Assembly (NCBI GenBank): GCA_946965045.2
Contig: OX337233.1
Span: forward strand, 3,797,473 to 3,861,472
Reading direction: 5' to 3'
DNA length: 64,000 bases
DNA from: Epithemia pelagica
Taxonomy: Eukaryota; Protista; Bacillariophyta
Of this stretch, positions 1-10,799 are shown piece after piece (position 1 is the first letter of the stretch; each line of letters opens with the position of its first letter). The translations under genes and the position numbers were made by a program. The notes beneath the pieces are model-generated. The model worked only from the letters and a program-made list of their open reading frames with translations. It was not told the origin of the DNA and made no database searches.

Positions 1-2
1 GC

Positions 3-191
3 TATGAACCTGAGCCTCCTTCGAAGGGTAAGGGCAAGGGCTATGAACCTGAACCACCTACCAAGGGTAAGGGCAAGGGATACGATGATAGCGACTACAG
101 CGACAAGAAGTCGGGCAAGAAGGAGAAGGGTGACAAAGACGATAGCGGAAAGAAGGACAGCGGAAAGAAGGACGACGACTATTACCGATAA
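3..191 (+). CDS. 3' end of a Lys/Gly/Asp/Tyr-rich repetitive protein (gene starts before the window); candidate cell-wall/biosilica-type protein
   Basis: Frame 3, not in the ORF track, reads YEPEPPSKGKGKG-YEPEPPTKGKGKG-YDDSDYSDKKSGKKEKGDKDDSGKKDSGKKDDDYYR* with TAA at 189-191. It has two 39-nt repeats and a KSGK (KxxK) motif. Function is inferred from composition only. Confidence 0.6.
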   Translation, partial: YEPEPPSKGKGKGYEPEPPTKGKGKGYDDSDYSDKKSGKKEKGDKDDSGKKDSGKKDDDYYR

Positions 192-1802
192 ACTCTTGGT
201 CTGTCCGTGACGGAGGGCTGACGTGACTGTGGATGGGTGGATACCAGCTGTATGAAACCTGAGGATCGGTTGCTGGCGTGCGTTCTGGAAGAGTGTTGGA
301 ACGATTGATTGCGACAAGTCGACGTTGTTGTAGGACCAAGTTTTGTTCCACAACGTTGCAGTTGTTATTATGAATTCGTGGACCCATGTGTGCTACGGCA
401 CTGTGATCTGCTTTTTGCCCACTGGATGGCTCATGGCACTGAAGTATAGTCTTGTAATCTAGTAGATCAATTTTCTTGAAAGCGGTTACTCTTACTCCTA
501 GCATTTTTTGGCTGATTAGTTTCCCGTCGCTTGGATATGGAAGTCGTCGAGTGTTTTCTATGTAACTCCTATATTATTTCTCACTGACTACCTGCCTAGG
601 GTATCGCTCAGAATTTTATCACATTCTGCAGCCCAGACAGAAAGATGCAGACGCAGAAACAACGCCAATTCCAGTGTTTGTGCAACTCCTCCCGCCTCGA
701 CAACCCCAGATGAAAGCTGCTGGGGATGAGATCTACCGCAACAGCTCCATGCTCTGTAGCTGAAGGCTTCTCGAGAGATAAGAGTCGGTACAAACATCTG
801 TTTGCTGATGCTTCAACTTTTGCTGTCGCCAGCGGCCAATGGGCAGCCATTTTTGTCGCCTTCGAATCACGACGAGAACAGAAGCTACCACCCGGCGCAG
901 CAGTCCCATGGAAAAGGAATCTTTCCAATCCTTTGTTGAATCTTTCTAAGTACGGGGAATTTGGAGCTTGACTTGCGCGTTTGTCGGAATGCGTTTAGTC
1001 TTGATCCTATGGATCTCGCCGTACTTAACTCTGTATTGGCTTGCGATCGAGAGGTGGCAATAATTCATTCTTTGCGTAGTAGAGTATCGTCCCGTGAGAG
1101 AGACACGTGCTACTATCGATCCAAGTGTAGAAGAATCTTTGCCACTCACAGAATTTGGCCAGGATCCTCACAAAAAGAGGTGTCGGCGTCCCAAAAACGA
1201 GACAAGGGAGGAGCAGATGGATACAACACAACTCCATCGGCGCTCATAGATTGCCGATTCAATTCATACAAGTGTTTGCTGAGTGAGACAACCATGAAGG
1301 TTTCATCATTGACGGCAAGTTCTTTGCTGGCTTTCTTGGGAACGGAACAGGCTTGGGGATCCTTTTTGCCCCTGCAGGATGCTGATCGTCAATTGACCAC
1401 CACGACAACGTGTCAGGATTTGGTATGCCAGTACGCTAGATCCATGGACGATCGGCATGGGTCACCCACGACACACAATCTCGGGACTGGAATAGTGCAA
1501 GATAGTGCCGGAAACTAGTCCCCTACCTGCTTCTACTCCTAGAGGAGGAAGGCGGGACACCACGGTGGACGCCAAGAAGGAATGTGTGATTCTGGTTGGT
1601 TACCATGTGGTGCAAAGTCTTCCCAGCTACCAGAAAAGGGCCCAAGATGACAACTACCACGAAAGACTAGATTTCCAATGAAACGATCAGACTAGTATCC
1701 TATCAATTATGACATATAGCAGTAGATGCGTCCTAGATCCATGAACTCAACTCCTTGGAACCAACACAAAGCCTCTCATGCATTTTGGATATACAAGCAC
1801 GT

Positions 1803-4248
1803 CTACTTGGTCGTGAGGGAGATTTTAAAGTTGCCGGTACTAGGTTTCGCATTTCGGATAAACTGGCCATCGACAAAGCTTCCCGTTGGGGACGGTGTTA
1901 CCATTTCGACGGCGTTTCCGTGCACCAAAACCTTGTAGGTTTCACCGGTGCACGTGTTGACTTCCACTTTGGATGTGAAGCCACAATCCGGAGAGCTGAT
2001 GGCACTATTTTCCGAAGCCACACAAATGGCTAGCGTGTCGCACTGGTGGGGGGCACAATGGACACTGAGTTTGGTGTCAAAATCGGCCATGCCACAGACT
2101 GATATTTCGACAGGCGTACCAGTCCCCGTAAACTCGTACCAAACGCCTCCCGTGTCCACGGCAACCTCGCCTTCGGGACAGGGAGAATTGGGAGCCACTT
2201 GGTCTTCGTCCGATTCGGCCAACATGGTTCCCACCGTCGTCCCGAGACGTGTGACACCGTTACTTAGTTTGAAAGGACTAGTAGCACCAAGAGTGCTATC
2301 ACACTCCTCATTGAGAGGCGCCGGAACAGTACTCTCAGCCTGAACAGCCAGGTTAAATGTGATCTCGGTGGCCCCTTTTTCACCCTGGACAAAAATATAG
2401 TAAAAGACATCCTCCTTCAGGGCTTCAAACTGGACATGGGATGGATTGTTGCCGTTTCGAGGGATTGCCCAAAACAAGAGTCCGGAATCTGAATGGCGTC
2501 GGATGTGGCCCCCACGGTGGTTTGTACGGTTATGATTCCGGGTCCCGTAAAAACAAATGGTGACGACGCAGGAGCAGACTCGACTTGACTGCACTGATCG
2601 TTGCCAAGACCAGATGGCGGCGAAGTGGTCGGGCTTTGGGTAACTTCAAGTTTAAAAGCTCCGACCGTAACTGGATCCACGGCACCGAGGTTACCATGAA
2701 CCAGGATGCGATAGGTCTTTCCAGCTTCTGTAGGGACCTCCAATTGCGATTTTGTCCCTCCGCAAGTACCATCACTAGTATCATTGTCGTTCGAACCGAC
2801 ACATGTCATTGTTTCTGATGATGGTGATCCCTGCCCCCGGTAGCTGAGAGCATCGTCTTGGTACACTGAAATGATTGTGTCAAATTCGGTCTCCGCGTTA
2901 CACGTGGACAAACCGAGTTGAACGTTGAATCCAGGAGCCGTAAAGGTGTACCACACTCCGCGGGAAACGGTTGTGGGACATACTGGCGCCACCTCGTCGA
3001 ATGTACTAATTTCGGTTGTGGCACCAATAATAGTACCATCAAAGGAAAGAGGCGATACCCCTTGAGGGATTACGGTTGCCCCTGTGCACAGATCGTTGGC
3101 AGGGGCTCCCGGATTTACCGCCAGAGTAAATGCTCCAAAATGGCCAGGGTTTGCATTTTGGTCAAACCCGTGAACCAAGATGCGATAGTTCGCTCCAAGC
3201 GTGGTAAGAAGTTCTAGGCGGGTATCGAAAAATTGGCAAGAACCGAACCCAATATTCGAGCTGTCGACACAATCCAGCTGCGAACAGACGCCACAGTTGG
3301 TACAGTCACGTTTATAGACACTAATTTGATTGTCGAAACTGGTGGCTCCTCCATCGGCCGAACAGGTGGACAACCGAATTGTTTACCTGTGCCGATGAAT
3401 TCGTACCACACTCCCTTCATTTCCGTATCCGAGTTTCTACAGGCATCATTGTCGACAGCCGGTAAAATGCCGTCATCCGGCGACGCGTTGGTTGTGTCTG
3501 CCATTTTCTTGTCACCCACGTTCACTTGGGATGCCGTTTCGCAGTAATCATTCATGGGAACATTGTCAATCACGGCAAGTTCAAAAGCTTGGCCAGTGAC
3601 TCCCTCTGTATCGTCATCATGATCCACCAACACAAAGTACTGCGTGCCATCCTCCGAATCAATTTCCACTCGAGACGAGGTCCCACCGCATCCCTCTCCA
3701 CCAATTTTATTGGCAGCGACACAGTTGAGGTCATTGCAGTCATTGTCATAGACCAAAATTTGGGTATTGTAAAAGGCTGCGGTACTTGCACCATCCACGG
3801 CACACGTGGAAAATCGCATCGGCTTGCCCGTCCCGTCCACCTTGTACCACACGCCCACGTTGGCGGACGAAAAAATGTTGTTGCACTTCAAGGCGTCCCG
3901 CTCAGTCGCATCTGTAATGCCAGTGGAATCCAGCAACGTGCCAGGCTTGGTAATGGTAACGGGAAACGTGTCTCCAATGTCGTCGGCATCGTCGCATGCG
4001 TCATTGTCCGGAGCTTCCAAGTGTCGCTGCCGTTTTTGGGCGGTCTCGGTGCCTTGGGGGGTACTGGAGTTTTTGGCCTTGTTCGTTGTCGTCATTGTCG
4101 TCGTTGTCGTTGTCGTCGTCGTAGACCTGGTGGTAGCACGGCTCGATTCCCAAGGGCTACTATTTGCCACAGCAGCAGCAGCAGCAGCCGGAGTGTCCAC
4201 TTGTTCGGGAGGAGTGGCACGAAGATTGGACAATGCCGTCGTTGTCAT
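1803..4248 (-). pseudogene. Paralogue A: five six-Cys PPC-like repeat domains, disrupted
   Basis: Three overlapping ORFs (3214-4248, 2417-3373, 1803-2594) together give five copies of the NDxC...GVWY...STC...DT...C...C...YYILVHG...F domain. There is a 1-nt frameshift at ~3376 (CAATTC-GGTTG where QFRLSTC is expected). An internal deletion plus frameshift at ~2455 removes the GVWY-to-Cys core of domain 4. No signal peptide was found. Confidence 0.75.
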
Positions 4249-4660
4249 TGTCTAGAAACACGGGTGTGGTTTGTCAAACTGCAATCTATACTGCACTGGA
4301 GTATGTCGTGTGGGACTAGGGCTAGCACGGATTGTGGACTTTTGCAACAACTCAAAGTAATTATGATCTATTCATGACACATGTAAACTATGTAGCTACG
4401 TAGAAAAAAGACACTATGCCAACCAGCTACAGGCTCGGTTTTGGAACACGCAATTTCCCCAAACTCTCTCGTATTGACAACGGGGTCTCTCATCATCTTT
4501 GGACCAAGACAGACGACCTTGAAACAATGAGAAATGACCTGTAACACGGATAATTTCTCACCAAATCACATTCCTGGACATTTATGAAGAAGGATCTTGC
4601 TCTTGAGGTGCTTGAATCAAATATTCCACATGGTTTGGCATGCATATTTCCCAGTGTTCC

Positions 4661-7600
4661 TCAGAAGCACGGCGAACCCCCGAAATTGTGGATCCATTTG
4701 TTCATAATGGCCGGTGAGCATCCATTTCGCGTAATTCTAGGATCGTATCCACACGCCGCTCGAATCTGTTCACAGGAACAACCTCTTGTTTGCTGCACTG
4801 TAAATGACTGCGAAGACTGTGGACTAGCATAGTAGTAGCTCGACGAGAAAGAGGAGGATAGAAAAATGTCATTCGAGAGCTTCCTTTGCTTTGTATCCTT
4901 CTGTCTGGATTTTGAATCCTTGCTGCTGTCTCTTGATTTTTTCTTTTGTTTGGAGCTGTCCTTTTCCTCTTTGGAACTATCCTCGTCTTTTGATTTTTGT
5001 TTCGTCCTTTTGTAGCGCCTATATCCCTGAAACGAATACGGTGCGCCCACGCTAAAGTTTTCTCGGTCGTTCTCATCCAAAAGGGCCGCGTGGTTGGGAA
5101 GGAGAGTGCCTTGAATGGATGCTTCCGGGACTACCGTACCGAGACAGTCATCGTCCGAGTCGGGGACACCGTCTTGGTCCTCGTCTACAGTCGTTGAGAG
5201 ATCCGTTGGTTGAAAAGTTGGTGATACAGTCGGAGGAGACGTTTCAAGAGTAGGTGATACAGTCGTTGAGACATCCGTTGGTTGAAAAGTTGGTGATACA
5301 GCCGGTGGAGACGTTTCAAGAGTAGGTGATACAGTCGTTGGGACTTCTGTTGGTTGAAAAGTTGGTGATACAGCCGGTGGAGACGTTTCAAGCGTAGGTG
5401 ATACAGTCGTTGAGACATCCGTTGGTTGAAAGGTTGGTGATACAGCCGGAGGAGACGTTTCAAGAGTAGGTGATACAGTCGTTGAGACATCCGTTGGTTG
5501 AAAAGTTGGTGATACAGCCGGTGGAGACGTTTCAAGAGTAGGTGATACAGTCGTTGAGACATCCGTTGGTTGAAAGGTTGGTGATACAGCCGGTGGAGAC
5601 GTTTCAAGAGTAGGTGATACAGTCGTTGAGACATCCGTTGGTTGAAAAGTTGGTGATACAGCCGGTGGAGACGTTTCAAGAGTAGGTGATACATTCGTTG
5701 AGACATCCGTTGGTTGAAAAGTTGGTGATACAGCCGGTGGAGACGTTTCAAGAGTAGGTGATACAGTCGTTGGGACTTCCGTTGGTTGAAAAGTTGGTGA
5801 TACAGTCGGTTGACCTGGAGCAATTTGAAGTTCTCGAAGCTCCTTTTGAAGTTCTCGAAGCTCCAGCTGGAACTCGCCACTGGCTCCATGAACCAAAATA
5901 TAGTAATTGACTCCTTCCTCCGTAGTAAAATCGACTCTGGACTGAACTCCACAAGTGTCGTCGTCGGCAATCTCACAAGTAAGAAAGTCGACACTACAAA
6001 AGCCTGTAAAAACACTGATTCTCGTGTCAATACCATTCGCGTTTGCATTGCACGTTGACACTATAAATTCATTTCCGGTACCGATCAATCTGTACCACAC
6101 CCCGACCTCGTTCGACGTCGGGACATTGTCACATATCTCGGCGACAAGGCTAGTGTCTGAAGTGGAATCAACGGTCGTTCCATCTATCCTTTCGCCCCCC
6201 GAAACGTCAGTTGCATTCACACACAAATCATTTAATGGCGGAGAACCACCACTGGGCGGACTTCCGACCACGGCAAGCGTAAAATCCCCTTTCTCCCCGT
6301 TGAATCCATGGACCAATACAAAGTAATAAACATCAGCCGTTGTAGAAAACGTGACACTGGAGGTTTCCGCATCAGGGACACTACCGCAACTTTCGTCATC
6401 GTCATTGTGAGCTTCACAGCTAAGGCTGTCACAGTCGCCTCTGTATACTGTCAAAAGTGTGTCAAAGTCCGCAAGACCACCATCATCAGGGCAAAAAGAC
6501 AAACGGTATGTTTCTCCGTTTCCTTTCAGCTTGTACCAAACGCCAATTTCGGGCTCTGTATCGTCACATACAGGAACGGTGCCGCCTTGGTCCGAGGTAG
6601 CTCCAAGCGTAGTTCCTTCGATTGTATTAATGCTGGAAATATCAATGGCATTTCCACACAAATCGTTGGATGGGATTTCAACTTGAGGGCTTGGGACAAC
6701 GGCGAGAGTGAAGTCCCCTTGTGTCTCGTTGAATCCATGGACCAACACAAAGTAATCAACACCTGCCGTTACATCAACGTCAACTCGAGAGGCAGTATCG
6801 CATGCATCGTCATTGTTCGCCTCGCAGGTGAGACTTTCACAATCACCACTGTATATTGTCAAAAGAGTGTCAAAATCCGCAAGGCCACCATCATCAGAGC
6901 ACAAAGAAAAACGGTATGTGCTATCCTCCGTGGCCGTCACCATGTACCAAACTCCATTCTCTGGTATTGTGCCGTCACAGCTTGGGACGAGATTGTTTCT
7001 GTCGCTAACAGATTCCAGGGTTGATCCACTGACACCACCACCACCAAGAACCACTTCTTGTGCATTGACACAAAAGTCATTTGGCTGGGTAAACACTGGA
7101 TTTTCGACAACAGCAAGATTGAAATTGCCTTGAGCTGAGTCGAATCCGTGGACCAGTATATAGTACTCTTCACCGTCAATGGTTTGAAAGGCAACCAGGG
7201 ATTGTTCATCACAAAAGTCGTCATTGTCGACCACACACTCAAAACCTGAGTCACAACTGCCAGTGTAGACATCGAGCAACGTATCAAACTCGGCCGAACC
7301 ACTGTCACGGTCACACAGGGACAGTGCAAACACATTTCCAGTCCCCATGAGACGGTACCAAACTCCAATCTCTGGGTCGTTACCACATGTCGATGGAGCG
7401 ACACTGCTGTCTTGCGTGGCACCCAATGTGGTACCCGGAATAACATCACCATCTGTGACCAATGGAGCCGTGTCGCTCCCACACACATCATTGACCGGTG
7501 GATCTGCCGTTAGATCAATGACAACCAGCGTGAAATTACCAAATGCGTCATCGAGGCCATGTACCAGAATAAAATAGTCTTGATCGACTTCAGTCGTGGT

Positions 7601-8974
7601 CAAGTCCACCGTTGAAGCGCCATTTTCACACTGCCCATCGCCGTCATCATTGGCCGTGACACAAGCAAGTTCGGAACAGGACCCCGTAAAGACACTAATT
7701 TGGGTGTCATAATCGGCCGCCCCTCCATTTCCGTCACAAGTGGAAAATCGAACCGGATTGCCAGTGCCCTTGAGGCGGTACCAGACTCCAAATCCGGCCT
7801 TGACAAAGTCGCAGGGATCCTCTGGGGTACCGACCTTGGTAGCAATCGATGTGTCTCCCTCCACCAGATCCCCTTCATTGTTCAATTCAATGGCGCCGTC
7901 ACACTCATCATTGTCTGGGGGCGGGGAAAAACCAATTGAGAGCGACCGGTCTTCCTGAGGTTTGTCCAGCTGTCGTGGCTGGAAGGTGTTGGTGTTGGTG
8001 TTGGTGACACCCTCTGGAGTCGTCGTCTTTGTGGTGTCGATGGTTGTAACCGTCGTGTCCTCCTTCCAATCGTCCGATACGACAATCTGACAACATTATT
8101 ATATACACGCAACATTATTATATACACGCAGAGCCAAACAAAGAGATGAGTCAAGACCATTTCAGTATGAAACAAAAGAAGGAGGAGCATGACAAGATAA
8201 CTGGCGGTTCGTGCCATTCGAAACTACCCTTGATATCCTGCAACTTACGGTTTGCTTGGACTCTTGTTGTAGGTGCTTGGCTTTCTCGTTGGCTTTTCTT
8301 TGCAGTTTCCGTTGGCGTTTCTCCAATTTTCGTAACAAGGCTTGTTGCTTTTGGAGTTCGTTCTTGTGAGTGTTGATTTTGGCCGTCTCTTTCACAGATT
8401 GGAGTGCAGCAGCCTTTTGTGCCTGTAGTGTGGTGGCCACCTCGAGCTGGGCTTCTTGGTTCGTGGTTTGGTTCGACCACACTTCTACAAGAGACGCGTT
8501 TTCCTGCGAAACGTCCTTTTCGACAGACACCTTGGTTTCCTTCATTTCCTGTGGATTGTTTTGGCCTTGAGGGAGGATGTGGTTGTTGGTCTCTGTTCCC
8601 CCTTGTGAATGTTGTTGCGTTGGAGCCTTCTTGAATTTTGTATCGTTCCGAACCGTTTCGTGGAGTGCTACAGGAACCTTCTGTGGTTGTTGTTGTACTT
8701 TCTCGGCAGTAGTAGTAGTTGCTGCTGGTGGTGTCTCACCCTGCACCACTCCTCGTTTCTCGCCTTGTTGCGGCAGTGGTTGCGGTCGAATCGGCCCTGG
8801 TTGGTGCACTGTCCCTGCCGGTTGTGGTGGTTGTTTTGGTTGTGGTTGGACATGGTGTTGGTGTTTCGTTTGGTCCCCGTGATGCGGCAACACTGTAGTA
8901 GTACCAGGAGCCGCCCGTGTGGTTGTTGTTGTGGTAAGCAACCAGCAGAGTACAACGAGGAGGTACCACCACAT
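4661..8974 (-). CDS. Paralogue B: secreted protein with signal peptide, Gln/Thr-rich region, five six-Cys PPC-like domains, Pro/Thr/Ser stalk, TSP3-like DxDxDGVPD motif and Cys-rich C-terminal domain; join(8974..8249,8086..4661)
   Basis: The ATG at 8974 gives MWWYLLVVLCWLLTTTTTTRAA (signal peptide). A phase-0 GT..AG intron at 8248-8087 joins in frame to the 4661-7885 ORF, with no stops or frameshifts. Confidence 0.85.
5188..5808 (-). repeat. Coding tandem repeat, 72 bp x ~8.5, encoding the mucin-like unit VSPTFQPTDVSTTVSPTLETSPPA
   Basis: GTGATACA recurs at 5221 and 5293 (period 72), and there are eight LETSPP units in the protein. Copies are near-identical. Confidence 0.95.
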
Positions 8975-10799
8975 TCCCCGTGCGGCTCTGGTCGTTGTCC
9001 TGGGGCGGCAAGTTGTTGGTCGAATCGCAACCGACGACGACTGACACATTCTGGTACTACGTTGTTGTTCCAGCAGTAGTGTGGTGGTCGACACTTGCTG
9101 GTGTATGGAACGAACCGTGGCCGAACGCTGCACAATTCTGAACGGGGTTCGACTCACAACACTCCGTCAAAGACTGTGCCGCAGTCAACAACGAAAACAA
9201 TGCCTCCACTTTGGATGATACCCGACCAACAAGTCTTGGATGGATGAATGAATGATCTGATAGAGAGGATTGATCGTCCAATATGTGTAACAGAAGAAGA
9301 AGAGAGATCCAAGGATCCTCCAGGAGGATTTTGCCTGACTGGTGTGTCACCTCTTTCGTTCAACGGACAAACTCTATATGGTTTGTCCTTTTGATTGGAA
9401 GATGGATTGAATTTGGGGGATCGCCCTCCCTGGCCTTTGTGGGTACCGGTTGGGCGCGGGTTCACTGTTGGAAATTGTAAGAATTTTGTCCCTGGAAACC
9501 GATCGGGAAGTGTCATTCCGACACGAGATCGCTATTCCCCGATCACTCCTTCATTTTTGACGTGACGCGTCAGGCCATGGAAGACGTCAATTTTCGGATG
9601 TGTCAATACAGTCAGGTAGCTACCTGGACTCCTACTTGCGCTAGCCGAGCTTCTTCTCTTCGTAGGAGGCATGGTGTGATTGTTTCGGTTCTCTACACAG
9701 TACAATAGTCTGAATCGAAGACATTGTCCTACCTCTCTACCTAGACTCAAAGAATCATATGATTTAAGAGTCATTCCTTGCGAATATAGGGTTGTGCATC
9801 CATTCTACTAGATACAGACCCAGTGCTTTTGGTTCCAAAGGAAGAGTCTGCGACACAAGTACGACTCTTCCTCCCTTCTATATAGATTATTCTGTCCATT
9901 TTCCAGGTCTACTGGCTTTGTAGTATGGTTCCATGTGTTTGGATCCCACTCTTGGTAGGATTACAACTCAAATGAAGGGAATCCACGGCGTGACCAGAAG
10001 CTAGAGAGGGCAGTGCTAGGGGACCCACCGAACGATGTTTGGTCGCATCCGTCCATAGGACATGCATGACACAGCCTGTTGACGTTCGACCAAAATCACG
10101 TGACTTTGATCGCAAAGAACAATTCCTTTTTCAATATTCTGATATCTGTCACCTTGGAGACACCCAACAGGTAGGCACGACCAACGACCACCGCATCTGT
10201 CCGTTGGTGAACTCTCGACCTGCGATTCAATATTGTAGAGTCCGTGTTACGTGTTTTGGATAAACTTTATACTACTAGGAGTACCTACTACCTAGTACAA
10301 AGTACTCCCTCCGTGGAAACAATGGGGACCTACTCGTATCGGGTACTCGTAGAGTGGTGAACCCAATTCGGACATTGGACCCAGCAAGATTTCGGATGTC
10401 TCCATGACTCTCTCCGACCAACGATTTTCTCGACCGCTCTCACAAATTACACAAACGCGCATACTCATGTTGTCGAGAGTCAACCATGCTTCGCTCTCTA
10501 GAGATGGAATCCAAAAACAATGAACTTGGGTGTTACGAGGACTAACGGCAAAATACTGGAGCACCGAGACACGCTACGATAAAGACAAACAGATCAATGC
10601 AATCAATCAAGTGCCTAACATGCATTTTATATTTCTCATGTAAACTAAAAAAACAAGAGCATGCCGATCATGAACTGATTCCTTCCAATATTCAAATGTG
10701 CAGCGACTTGGTAACTCAATGCCACTCTTCTTTTGTCTGGATGGCATGAGTCGACCGAATATAATAGTGATTCGTAGTGTTGCTCGTCTTGGCATTATG

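Noticed and set aside
58-1518. Several 70-185 aa ORFs on both strands
   Set aside because: No recognisable motif, overlapping frames and no consistent splice model. Possibly a decayed gene, but not supportable.
3370-3385. Programmed frameshift in paralogue A
   Set aside because: No slippery heptamer, and the gene has a separate deletion. Mutation or sequencing error is simpler.
5185-6048. 287-aa ORF with HRLYHQLFNQRMSQRLYHLLLKRL repeats
   Set aside because: Alternative frame of the 72-bp repeat inside paralogue B; it stays open only because the unit has no stop in that frame.
10303-10314. TA-CTCCCTCCGT, a Stowaway/mariner-like terminus
   Set aside because: No matching ACGGAGGGAG-TA end was found in the window.
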